DNA of 63,521 bases, counting the filler, from Octopus bimaculoides (taxonomy: Eukaryota): the NCBI RefSeq assembly GCF_001194135.2. It is 5 parts of 5 records of this genome, joined end to end, with 100 filler letters (N's around TTAATTAATTAA, not from the genome) between each part and the next. Parts side by side here need not be neighbours in the genome. Positions count along the whole stretch, not along the records: positions 1 to 10,925 come from NC_068985.1; positions 11,026 to 24,504 come from NC_068981.1; 3 more parts are not named here. One strand, 5' to 3'. Of the stretch, positions 1 to 12,647 are shown piece after piece. The number at the start of each line of letters is the position of its first letter. Position 1 is the stretch's first letter. The notes beneath the pieces are model-generated. The model saw only the letters and a program-made list of their open reading frames with translations, ran no database searches and was not told the DNA's origin. The position numbers and the translations under genes are program-made.

Positions 1-400
1 GTATGAGAGAAAAAGATCTTGTGAATCGAATAGATTATTTCACAACGATATATATTCTATGGGGGTCAAGAATATAATATCAGTTGGCAATTATCTTTTC
101 CAAACAGGAAGAACTCCAAAAAATGATAAAAAGACTTCCCAACAATTTAAATATTTTCTATATATTTAGGATTGACAATGCTGATATTAATCATTTTCTT
201 GATGTTGAACTATATTCTTCAAATCTTAGGAATAATTTAAACATCTGATTTACCTTTGTAAATGCAAAATTTAAATAAAATTTACAGGCTATTGTTCAAA
301 TAAAGTAGGTGAGTTGCACTACTATACAATGTCAAATAAATCATATACAGAGTCAATGATGCTCTATTCTGTTTCGGTTGGAACATTTCCTATATTGTAT
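1..400 (+). mobile_element. Possible highly decayed Penelope-like reverse transcriptase fragment
   Basis: Plus-strand reading EELQKMIKRLPNNLNIFYIFRIDNADINHFLDVEL resembles the PLE RT C-terminal (I/L)xFLDV motif. Heavily disrupted. Confidence 0.25.
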
Positions 401-3211
401 TATATATTTTAGGTGGTATCAACTATTTAGGGCAGGCACATCAGTTTTGAATGCAGAAGTATCCACTAAGATTTGTCATTTTAGTTGTAAAATAAACAAA
501 TTAATCAACGGAATACACTCTGCAAGTCGATGGATCCTCATATTCTCCTCCATTTTCTTATTGCTATATAAATTTAGGGTAAAATAACCCCCTTTTACCC
601 GCACCCACTTATTGCACTTGGCATAACATTAGTGTAAAAATAATTGGGTACCCTCCCGGCAGTATATTGGATAGAAACTATCCCTAAGTGGGTTGAATAC
701 TCAACCCCTAACTCTCTTGCATTATATATNNNNNNNNNNNNNNNNNNNNNNNNNNNNNNNNNNNNNNNNNNNNNNNNNNNNNNNNNNNNNNNNNNNNNNN
801 NNNNNNNNNNNNNNNNNNNNNNNNNNNNNNNNNNNNNNNNNNNNNNNNNNNNNNNNNNNNNNNNNNNNNNNNNNNNNNNNNNNNNNNNNNNNNNNNNNNN
901 NNNNNNNNNNNNNNNNNNNNNNNNNNNNNNNNNNNNNNNNNNNNNNNNNNNNNNNNNNNNNNNNNNNNNNNNNNNNNNNNNNNNNNNNNNNNNNNNNNNN
1001 NNNNNNNNNNNNNNNNNNNNNNNNNNNNNNNNNNNNNNNNNNNNNNNNNNNNNNNNNNNNNNNNNNNNNNNNNNNNNNNNNNNNNNNNNNNNNNNNNNNN
1101 NNNNNNNNNNNNNNNNNNNNNNNNNNNNNNNNNNNNNNNNNNNNNNNNNNNNNNNNNNNNNNNNNNNNNNNNNNNNNNNNNNNNNNNNNNNNNNNNNNNN
1201 NNNNNNNNNNNNNNNNNNNNNNNNNNNNNNNNNNNNNNNNNNNNNNNNNNNNNNNNNNNNNNNNNNNNNNNNNNNNNNNNNNNNNNNNNNNNNNNNNNNN
1301 NNNNNNNNNNNNNNNNNNNNNNNNNNNNNNNNNNNNNNNNNNNNNNNNNNNNNNNNNNNNNNNNNNNNNNNNNNNNNNNNNNNNNNNNNNNNNNNNNNNN
1401 NNNNNNNNNNNNNNNNNNNNNNNNNNNNNNNNNNNNNNNNNNNNNNNNNNNNNNNNNNNNNNNNNNNNNNNNNNNNNNNNNNNNNNNNNNNNNNNNNNNN
1501 NNNNNNNNNNNNNNNNNNNNNNNNNNNNNNNNNNNNNNNNNNNNNNNNNNNNNNNNNNNNNNNNNNNNNNNNNNNNNNNNNNNNNNNNNNNNNNNNNNNN
1601 NATATATATATATATATATATACACATATATGGCTCTCTACGCACATACCAACTCATTTCTGTGCGATTATACATTCACGTTTGTAGCGCAACTGAAAAG
1701 GTAAACTGTGTAATTTACTAAAGTTTGAGGTTTGCTTGTATAACCAGAGGTAACATGTGTTGTTGAAGCATATCACGTTAGATCTAAAACATTGTTATCT
1801 AATAACTGTTGTGAATTCTCTGTTAGTCATTTTGGTACGATGAATGATTCCGAAGTAATGTGGTATAAGAGAATTCCTAAATTGGAAATACGCGTACAAT
1901 CTTTTTTATTTCATGCTGGTAAATATATTTTCATTTCTGATTGTGTTGATTGTCTTAATCTGATCTATCATATAAAAAATGACATTGGAGAGCGTGCCAT
2001 TCGAAGACAGTCACGAATGATCATTGAGTTTTGTCTCTTCCGCTTGGAAAAACAATTTATTCCACATCTGAATTTTTTCAAACAATAAAACATGACAGAG
2101 TCGATCAATTTCTAGATTCATCATATTTTACAATCATCAAGTTCATGTTGATACATCTCAGAAGATATAAATTACATATAAAAATTACATCGAAGTGACA
2201 TACACGCACACACAGCTACACAGGCACACGCACGCCCACACAAGCACACAAATTCACACACACACACATGCACAAGGACGCAAACAGGCACACGCACGCA
2301 AACACGTACACACATGCGACCCTATGATAAACGAAATATGAGGCACTTTTCGTAAAGCGTTTAGTTTTGTGCAAGGTCTCCTGTTTTACGCTATTTCTGC
2401 ATGTCCTCAGTGAAAAATCCCAATCCAAGATTTATAGTAAATAATACAACTATAATAACACGAAGAAGAATACACAAGCAGTTCTAAACACTGGGCATTT
2501 GCTGCGTAAATGAAGGTTTGAATAGCATAGGACGAACGTTTAGATATGTACGAATGTTCATGTGTGAGTAGGAAGTTGTTAAATCAGGAATGGAAAAATG
2601 CGGAAGCTTCAGGAACATTTTATTTTAATGCGAGGGTTTAATTGTCACACATCAACAATTAGTGAAGTCCTGTTGTACGTCTTGCTTGAGACCTTTATAA
2701 AATGTAATCATTGCATATTGAAAACATCTCCCTTTAAATTTCACCTCCTTCTTAACGAGACCTACAACTCATAAGACTGGGACCGAATCCCGTCTCTACA
2801 ACATTTGAGCTACTGATTATTACAACACACTTGAGTTCAAATTCCGCTGAGTTTAAATTCCGCCGAGGTCGACATTTCATCATTTCAGGGTCGATTAAAT
2901 AAGTAACAGTTAGAAACAGGGTTACATGTAATTGACTTAATCTGTTCCCCAAAATTTAAGGCCTTATACTTTTAGTAGAAAGGATATTAAAACACATCAC
3001 CATTGAGAAGAATGCCGCTTGCTTCATATTTGCCTGACCCGATTCTCTTCTCTTGGACTTTCCTATATCTTCTGATTCTGAAGAAGAGCTTTGCTGGAAA
3101 CGAAAAACCACCTTTCTTTCCTTCCCTGAACGTCTGATAATAATTTACATGTACCACGTCCTCGAGTTGTTTTTTTGTGTGTCTCTTTTTCGTTCTTTTA
3201 GATTTACTCAC

Positions 3212-3249
<38 letters not shown>

Positions 3250-4194
3250 NNNNNNNNNNNNNNNNNNNNNNNNNNNNNNNNNNNNNNNNNNNNNNNNNNN
3301 NNNNNNNNNNNNNNNNNNNNNNNNNNNNNNNNNNNNNNNNNNNNNNNNNNNNNNNNNNNNNNNNNNNNNNNNNNNNNNNNNNNNNNNNNNNNNNNNNNNN
3401 NNNNNNNNNNNNNNNNNNNNNNNNNNNNNNNNNNNNNNNNNNNNNNNNNNNNNNNNNNNNNNNNNNNNNNNNNNNNNNNNNNNNNNNNNNNNNNNNNNNN
3501 NNNNNNNNNNNNNNNNNNNNNNNNNNNNNNNNNNNNNNNNNNNNNNNNNNNNNNNNNNNNNNNNNNNNNNNNNNNNNNNNNNNNNNNNNNNNNNNNNNNN
3601 NNNNNNNNNNNNNNNNNNNNNNNNNNNNNNNNNNNNNNNNNNNNNNNNNNNNNNNNNNNNNNNNNNNNNNNNNNNNNNNNNNNNNNNNNNNNNNNNNNNN
3701 NNNNNNNNNNNNNNNNNNNNNNNNNNNNNNNNNNNNNNNNNNNNNNNNNNNNNNNNNNNNNNNNNNNNNNNNNNNNNNNNNNNNNNNNNNNNNNNNNNNN
3801 NNNNNNNNNNNNNNNNNNNNNNNNNNNNNNNNNNNNNNNNNNNNNNNNNNNNNNNNNNNNNNNNNNNNNNNNNNNNNNNNNNNNNNNNNNNNNNNNNNNN
3901 NNNNNNNNNNNNNNNNNNNNNNNNNNNNNNNNNNNNNNNNNNNNNNNNNNNNNNNNNNNNNNNNNNNNNNNNNNNNNNNNNNNNNNNNNNNNNNNNNNNN
4001 NNNNNNNNNNNNNNNNNNNNNNNNNNNNNNNNNNNNNNNNNNNNNNNNNNNNNNNNNNNNNNNNNNNNNNNNNNNNNNNNNNNNNNNNNNNNNNNNNNNN
4101 NNNNNNNNNNNNNNNNNNNNNNNNNNNNNNNNNNNNNNNNNNNNNNNNNNNNNNNNNNNNNNNNNNNNNNNNNNNNNNNNNNNNNNNNNNNNNN

Positions 4195-4243
<49 letters not shown>

Positions 4244-4250
4244 ATATAAA

Positions 4251-4605
4251 CAGGGTGCGATGGGTAAGTTATCGCTATTTTGTATTTTTCATTTCTTGCA
4301 TGCGCATGGTTTGCTTTTGATTTTGTCGATTACACAGTATAGTAGGACCTGTTGGCCACCATCCGTGAGGACACCGCCATGACGCAGTTCCCTCTGCCAG
4401 ACATTTGGAAATGACATGCAACACTGCCTGGCATTCGTTCTGGAGGCTCGACTGAGAACATTTCATAGCGTTGGGTGTCAATCAGAGTCTCAAAAACATG
4501 TATCGAGAGTGATAAGAGTCAAACATCCAGTCGACAACATGTTCTTTGGAGTGATCATGTATCATGGCGACGTTATGCTACCATTCATCATCCCACACGG
4601 CCTAA
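4251..4605 (+). mobile_element. Tc1/mariner (maT-like) fragment, same family as 59208-60079
   Basis: Starts with CAGGGTGCGATGG TIR. Remnants of MTQFPLPDIW... and KHPVDNMFFGVIMYHGDVMLPFIIPHGL. Confidence 0.8.
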
Positions 4606-5476
4606 GTCTCCTTAGACCCGAAACCGTGTGGCTGGTGAGCAAACTGCTTACCACAATCATTCGCTTTCTTTTGTATATTCTTTTGGTTGCCTCAGTAATT
4701 TGACTGCAGCCATGCTGGAGCATCTCTTCAGTCGAACACATCGACAGCGCGACTTATTGTTAGTAAGTCTATTACTTAATCTATCGCAATCTCTTGCCGA
4801 ACCGTTAAGTTTCTGTGACGTAAACACTTTAACACTGGTTGCGGAACGTTAGCGGTGAAACACACACACACACACACACACACACANNNNNNNNNNNNNN
4901 NNNNNNNNNNNNNNNNNNNNNNNNNNNNNNNNNNNNNNNNNNNNNNNNNNNNNNNNNNNNNNNNNNNNNNNNNNNNNNNNNNNNNNTCCTTGAGAGAGGC
5001 TGTCCATGGATGAACACCGAGTGAATCTTACCTACCACGATATTTTACATTTAGTTTGATACATAAGTGTCTACCGTTTCAGTTCTTTAATGAATTGCGC
5101 CCATAGATGGGCACTATCTTGTTCATTTCTGTTTTAGTAGAACGAATCGACCAGGATTGGTACCAATTCTATCAGTCTCATTTGCCACACTGCTACGTTA
5201 CGAGGACATATACGTACCAAAAGTGGCATGATATGACACCTTACGAGGGATAGTTTAAACAAATATAGTATTAGTTTAATTCTTTAAAGAACGTAAGAAC
5301 TGAGAAGGTATAGAAACGAACGAGTGGATTCGATGCGAGTATACGATAAAAGAGATGACTAGCAGAGTGTGGTAGGTAATACATGTTTCCACAAGTTTAT
5401 GGTGGTGTTCGTGGAAGGTCGACATAAACAAGAGAACCGAAAGCGGACAAATGTTGCATATTCTGGGAGAAACGTG

Positions 5477-5508
<32 letters not shown>

Positions 5509-6119
5509 ATCATATCCATTGTTTGCAACGAGAATACTTATCTAAAACAGGTACATTATTGCAGATAAGTATAGAGCCCATTCACAGACGGATATGCACA
5601 CGATTTGTATACATATGATCCGTGTGTGGCTTTTGTTTTTCTTTTAACTTGGGAATCATGTAAAATAAGGGATATTGCCAAATCTATTAATGAATAATTA
5701 GATGATAATTAAGAAATTACGATATGAATGTCCAACTAGATTATACAAGCTAATGCTTACATATATACCGTAAAGAAATAGTTAAGCATGGCGTAATGTA
5801 AGTTGCATTCTGTATTGTGATGAGCATTATTAATATTGACATCTGTATTCCGACTGCTTATTTGGATAATTGGCATCTGATCATGTCGAACGTAGATAAT
5901 AGGTATCTGTTTCATTTGGAACATTATAATACGGATAATTATTACAGTTACACAATTATAAATTCCATCAAGTGAACGTGATTTCATACGATTTATTAGG
6001 ACAAATCGATTGTAAAGCGAAATTCATTGTGTTGATGATAAAAATTATTCCCTAGTATGGAAATTATATATGCCGTTTTTGCTTCATATTCTGTTCAAGC
6101 AAATTAACTACTACTACTC

Positions 6120-6173
<54 letters not shown>

Positions 6174-6180
6174 ATATCCC

Positions 6181-6498
6181 TTCGGAATTTGAAGTCAGAA
6201 CGTACAGTTGGACAAAATACCGCTACGCATTTTCCAGACATGCTAATAATTCTGCCTTTCCACCGCCGTAACACCAATAATAATTCTTTTCTACTATAGG
6301 CACTTGTCCTGAAAGTTTTTTTGGAGGGGATGGTCGATTACTTCAACCCCGGTTCTCAGCTAGTACTAATTTCAGCGAGCTCGGAAGGATGAAAGGCAAC
6401 GTAGACCTCGGCGGAATTTTGACTCAGAACGTAAGGACGGATGAAATGCCGCTAAGCATTTTGTCCAGCGTGCTAACCATTCTACACTCTCGCAGACT
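6181..6498 (-). mobile_element. SINE family B, one partial plus one near-complete copy
   Basis: ggatgaaaggcaacgtagacctcggcggaattttgactcagaacgtaaggacggatgaaatgccgctaagc. Confidence 0.8.
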
Positions 6499-7007
6499 TA
6501 ACATCAATGGTAATAAAGCTATATCTTAGTAATAATCTCGGTAAATTCAAGCGTATATTGCTTTATATTACCGTCATGTATATAGTGTATGAAATTAATA
6601 AATACATAAGGTGTGAGTATTTAGAAAGATTTAGAATTAATATGCTTTACGATTCATCTAATGGATCGAAGTATGAGAAGGTTTTGTCGTCATACTGGCT
6701 GTAATTAGGTTTGCTCCAGTTCCAAATGATAAACGGCATTCTTATTTGAAGATGAAATTAGGAATTTATGCAGAGGTATTGAATGTTTTATATCAGTCGT
6801 TGTGTACATAATTATTACTTTCATTATAGATGGTGCTACACTGAAAATTAATTTGCAATAATTACCAGGCATTATTTTATATCTCATTGCACAATTTGTT
6901 GCATAATGCATATTACCGAGAGCATAGTTCTATCACTTGTATTTGTACGTGTGTGTGCATGTGTGTGTGCATGTGTGTGTGCATGTGTGTGTGTATGTGT
7001 GTGTATA

Positions 7008-7910
7008 CAGGTGGGCTGAGGACAACAACATGCAGTTTAATGCAGGAAAATTCCAGGCCCTACGCTGTCAGCACACAAAGCTAAATGACATGCAAACAAG
7101 ATACACTGGCCCAGGAGGAATTGAAATCCCCGAATCAAAGTCAGTGCGCGAACTGGACACTGACATGAGCTATGATGCATCTTTTCAAGTGCATATCATC
7201 AATTTGGTAATAAAATGCAGATGGCTGGCTGGATCCTCCGAACTTTCAAAACAAGAGAAAAGGAGACATTGATGATCCTTTGGAGGACATACGTTCGCAG
7301 CCGCTTAGACTATTGCTCCCAAATATGATCACCGCACAATAAAAATTCTACGGCGGAACTCGAAGCAATCCAACGAAGCTACACTAAGAAAATCGTCTCC
7401 ATGCAAAATATAAGCTACTGGGAAAGACTTAAAGAACTAAAAGTCTTCTCTCTGGAACGAAGGCGGGAGAAATATGCAGTGATATACATCTGCAATAACG
7501 TAGAAAGCCTTGTACCAAAATTTGGCATTGAAAGTTAGTCACACTGCAGAACGGGGCGCAGTGCATAGTGCCAAAGATCCCAGCGTTGCCATCAAAATAC
7601 AGGACCAGATACTGCAACAGCTTGAGCTTCAAGGGCCCACAACTGTTTAAAATCCTTCCAAAATGTCTTAGAGACCTGCATGGTGTGGATGTAAGTGTTT
7701 TTAAAACAAAACTAGATCTCCTCCTGTTACAGGTTCCAGACGAGCCTAACTCACGTCAGGAAACACGGATGAGAGCAGCAGCATCCAACTCCCTCATTGA
7801 CCAAATGCCACATATGAGAAGATTTTACAAATAATGGTATAGCTCAGTTAAAGGTAGTAATCCACCATGACCGCAGCTTTGCAGTTGAAACATTTAAAAA
7901 TAGTAAAATA
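7008..7910 (+). mobile_element. 5'-truncated CR1/L2-type LINE (ORF2 3' end plus 3' tail)
   Basis: WAEDNNMQFNAGKFQAL..., SRLDYCSQI*SP, SYWERLKELKVFSLERRREKY, LSFKGPQLFKILPKCLRDL...FKTKLDLLL..VPDEP. Multiple frameshifts and stops. Confidence 0.88.
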
Positions 7911-10029
7911 GTATATNNNNNNNNNNNNNNNNNNNNNNNNNNNNNNNNNNNNNNNNNNNNNNNNNNNNNNNNNNNNNNNNNNNNNNNNNNNNNNNNNNNN
8001 NNNNNNNNNNNNNNNNNNNNNNNNNNNNNNNNNNNNNNNNNNNNNNNNNNNNNNNNNNNNNNNNNNNNNNNNNNNNNNNNNNNNNNNNNNNNNNNNNNNN
8101 NNNNNNNNNNNNNNNNNNNNNNNNNNNNNNNNNNNNNNNNNNNNNNNNNNNNNNNNNNNNNNNNNNNNNNNNNNNNNNNNNNNNNNNNNNNNNNNNNNNN
8201 NNNNNNNNNNNNNNNNNNNNNNNNNNNNNNNNNNNNNNNNNNNNNNNNNNNNNNNNNNNNNNNNNNNNNNNNNNNNNNNNNNNNNNNNNNNNNNNNNNNN
8301 NNNNATATCTGTTTGTGTTTTTAAGGAAAGATTTCCGAACGCTTCGATTTCATACATTAAATTTTGACGGTGTATTCTTTCTCCGACGAAATGCCGATGG
8401 ATACCTTCAATTCAATATTAAGATCTCCATTTCGTACAGAATACTGTAGTTATAGGAAGTAATTTCAAAGTATTTCTAACGTTTATTTGGAGTCTTGATT
8501 CTTGAATCCATTTCAGTATATTCTCCTCTAAGTATATATTACGGGAAACGACATTCCGATTGTATTTGGCTATTATTTGTTATGTATGAACTCTTATATG
8601 TATTATTTATCACAGTTAAACTAAATATAAATGTGTTTATTTTATAATTGAACGTATCTCGTCTATTATAATTTCTTTCGCTTACTTTATCTGTAGAAGT
8701 TTCTGTTTGATTGCTGCAAATACGGAGATTTATTGAATTTCATTTGAAATGATGGATGTTGCATTCATTCATCATTTCAGGAAAGGAGATTAAATTTATG
8801 TGCTCTGCAAATCTCATCTATATTGCAATAAATGTAACAACTGCCAAAATATACAGAATCAAAGTAATTGTAGACGTTTAAATAGCCTCACAATCAATAG
8901 CCGTATTAAATGTAAACTGTCTAATTTGTATTGTAATCTGATTACAAATATGTCGTAAGCATGTTCAAGTCTGAGGGTATTTCGAAAGCGACCATAAACT
9001 CACAACCATTAAGCCAATGAAGAAGGCATATATTGGCTTTAAGTTTTAGCACAAAACCAGGAATTTTGAGTCGCACACATCAGCTCTATTACTCAACCGG
9101 TACTCAGTTTATTGACCTCGAAATGATGAAAGGCAAAGTCGATGTTGGCAGAATTTGAACCCAGATCGTAAAGACTGACGAATAATAACTAAACATTTTT
9201 CCCGGCGAGCTAATACTTCTCCTAGATCGCTGCACTTTTCTCAACCGAAATATTGGTAGCAATAACACACAAGACCAAAAGAAAGAAAGCTTGGGAATGA
9301 GTACGTAAATAGAAGAATACCTTTACACATATCCGAGTAATCTGGCTTGGGCTGACCATCAGTTCACTTTGTGGGTAGATATGCTATTTGTTTATACATG
9401 TATTGGCTGTGTTTATTCAGTTAAAACAGAGAGAAACAATAACATGAGATTGTTACCACCCAACTACTGCAACAAGTAGTTTCTCTCATACTTCTTCAAT
9501 ATAGTACAGAATAGCAAACAATAATACAGAATAGCATACAATAATACTTCCTCAGTATCTTTTGAAAGACAAGGGCGTATAATGTAGCATTATTTACAAT
9601 TCATTACCGCTGAACTAACAAAACACTTCCATAAACGTTTTCTCTTTTAATCATTATTATTATGCTTGTAAATTGTGTCTGCACTATTACTTCAGTTTGA
9701 ACTCGACAACCCCTCTATCTCCTCTATCTGTTTCTCTCCCTCTTATCGTACGTATACAATCTAAAAGGGTCACTGACACTGTCCACTTCATTTTCCTCCC
9801 AAGAACGTGTACGACGCACATTTCAGAATGTTTGAGACATTTTTAGGAGAGGCAATAATAACTTCTCTGGATTAACGTAATTTTAGCACAGCATAACAAT
9901 ATATCTAATAAGCTGACCTGTCAACATTTTGTACCAGTTTGAAGAAGACAACTGCTGCAGAACTCTGAGCACAACATACCAAAACACTGTTACACGTCAC
10001 AGTTGATTAGTTTTCAAGATGCCGTCAGA

Positions 10030-10498
10030 TTGTGAAGATAATTTGTAAGATTTCTATGCAATAAAGTGTGTTAAACTGGGCAAAAACACTACGGAAATTT
10101 ATGAAATGCTCCAGAGACCTTATGGATTAACTTGTATACCCCAAGCACCTAGTTTTCGCAGGCACATTATGTTCAAGGTTAGTAGAGAAGATTCAAAGGT
10201 GATAGAGAGAACGTGAGAGAGGATAAGAGGTGTGAACGAAGACGGACACCAGAACATTAGAGCTGCTTGTGAAAATTCACAATTTTCTAGATGAAGATTG
10301 TCATGTGTCTACAAAGACAATAGGCATTCAATTTGGTGTACAGAAAATTATTCATGAAGATCTTGAAAGGTGCAAAATTAAAGTTTCTTCGAACAAGGAA
10401 AAATGCATTGGTAACAGCAGGGAGAAGGCTGTGCTCAATGCTTCCATTCAAGAGTACTTGAATGTCTGTTGACAGGTGACAAAAGCCGAATATACTAC
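10030..10498 (+). mobile_element. Mariner transposase N-terminal remnant
   Basis: YAIKCVKLGKNTTEIYEMLQ..., KIHNFLDEDCHVSTKTIGIQFGV, and LTGDKSRIYY (degenerate TGDESW first-Asp motif). Confidence 0.75.
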
Positions 10499-10526
10499 GC
10501 ACACGCACGCACGCACACACACACAA

Positions 10527-10559
<33 letters not shown>

Positions 10560-11599
10560 TATATATATATATATATATAAACACGTATATATACACGTAA
10601 GGGCAAATATGTATATATACACATAGATAATATATGTATATGTACATGTACTTTTATATATATAAAGTCTGTCATACCGGCCATGACGAAGGGAAATAGC
10701 CCTGAAACTCGAGTCGCCTTTATATATTTATATTTATATATTTATATATTTGATCCTTTATATTGAACACTCAATATTTCATCTACATTCAATACTTTCT
10801 TTCATGGTGCCATCCATTTTTATTTTATTCTATTTTATATTATATATTGTATATTATATTATATATTGTATATTCCATATTCTATACCCCACATTGGTTC
10901 TGCAGGAATATAAATAAAACATAAANNNNNNNNNNNNNNNNNNNNNNNNNNNNNNNNNNNNNNNNNNNNTTAATTAATTAANNNNNNNNNNNNNNNNNNN
11001 NNNNNNNNNNNNNNNNNNNNNNNNNTATATATATATATATATATATATGTGTGTATGTATGTATATATATGTGTATGTATATATATATGTGTAGGTATGT
11101 ACGTATGGAGGTATGCAGGCATGTATAACACCCCTACAATATTAAATTATTTTTCGGTAGTAATTATTCAATCTCAGATAATAGAATACATTTAGCATAT
11201 CAGGAGCCCAATATCCTAATTCCATATGTATGCATGGTGATTTATGGCATGATTTATGGGAACTCAGAAATGGTGAAACTCTGTCTTTGCTTCTCTCTTC
11301 TTCATCGTTAATATTCATCTTCATCGACATCTGCATCCTCAGTAGTTTAACAGATTCATCTATGTGACGTAACATCACTTGAAGTAAAGAAAAGCTTAAA
11401 ACAGATGGAACTATTCAGAATGTCCCTGTTGTGTCGACACCTCCAAGCGAAGAAGTAGGATCGCCCAAGACATATAAATAGAAGTAGTCTGACCGTCGTA
11501 GAGAGTTGAGTAACTGTTGAGTTACTGACGAGTAGCCGTTGAGTACAGATCATCCGAAGGTGCTAGATAGCAGTAGCTTGAGAAATAACAGTCCGACAG

Positions 11600-12430
11600 A
11601 AACGTACCGGAAGACCAGGTGCATCGGTGATCTTCACGGAGCGATAAAGTAACTAGAGACATATTGCAAGATTTCAAGAAAATATTTACGGCAACCGAGT
11701 AGTGAAGTGAGGTTTTCAAAATCAAACGTTCGTCACATCTCAATGCACTGTCATAGAAAAATTTACTTTCCCATAATAGTTCATGTTTTCAAAGAGTAGA
11801 GTTTTCCGAGTCGTTCTTGGCCAGATGTGTAAAAGATGTACACATAGCAACAAATAGTGTTTGGAGCGATGACGTCGCGTATATATTAGACGGCTAAGTT
11901 AACCTCCGCAATTGTTCCTACTGTTATTACAGAGGAACATCATACTAAATTATCAGGCATTACAGTACAGTGTGACTCGTCTCCGAATGGACTAACTGGA
12001 CAGTTCTTTTTTGACGGTACTGTGATTGATCTCATTTACATGAACGCGATGCAACATGTCATGCCAAACATTCAAATGGGCTTTGAAGTTGTGGAGTTAT
12101 ATTTCCAACAATGTGTGGCACTTCAACATTCGTATAGAATTGTAAGAGACGACCTCAAAATTTAGTCAAAATAGTGCATTGAACGAAAATACAATATAAT
12201 ACTCTCCACATTCACTGGACTCAAACCATTTAACGCTTTTCTTTTCATTGAAATACTTAATGCATAATGTTCACGGCACAAAAGGGCAACACCAAAACGA
12301 ACTGGGGCCAGACATTGTACAAATACGCACAAATATCAAGCGAATTGTTCCTTGATACTGGCGATTCCATTGTATCGCGTTATCAGCATGGCTTGGAGTA
12401 GATCAATTATGAATTTGAAACCAGCTTTAC
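11600..12430 (+). mobile_element. Highly decayed Tc1/mariner-superfamily transposase
   Basis: VWSDDVAYILDG*VNLRNCSY, GLTGQFFFDGTV..IYMN, LYFQQ remnants resemble WSDE..NG.VN.HN / GPFFF.GTV / FQQDGAP motifs. Confidence 0.55.
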
Positions 12431-12563
12431 AATAAAAAATCAAGTTCTGTCTTTAGATTCTATTAAATATTAGAAATAATATCCATCTTCATAAATGCTG
12501 ATTTATAATCATCAAATGTGTAATGTATGCTATTTGGGACGGTCTGTAATTAGGAAATGTTAT

Positions 12564-12589
12564 ACGTGAAGTTACTACTACTACTACTC

Positions 12590-12647
<58 letters not shown>
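12564..12647. repeat. (CTA)n microsatellite; similar simple repeats at 6108-6172 (CTA), 26450-26529 (AAT), 53126-53350 (TATC/GATA), 58032-58090 (TACA)
   Basis: Direct inspection. Confidence 0.95.

Noticed and set aside
595-1721. Long ORFs made mostly of X (also around 3053-4382, 16402-17034, 30847-31866, 35273-36097, 40430-40966, 58425-59277, 60021-60667)
   Set aside because: They are open only because they run through N gaps
10970-10981. TTAATTAATTAA islands inside N runs (also 24549-24560, 51084-51095, 62242-62253)
   Set aside because: Each is exactly 44 N + 12 nt + 44 N = 100 bp. The palindrome gives stops in all six frames, so it is an artificial scaffolding linker rather than biology.
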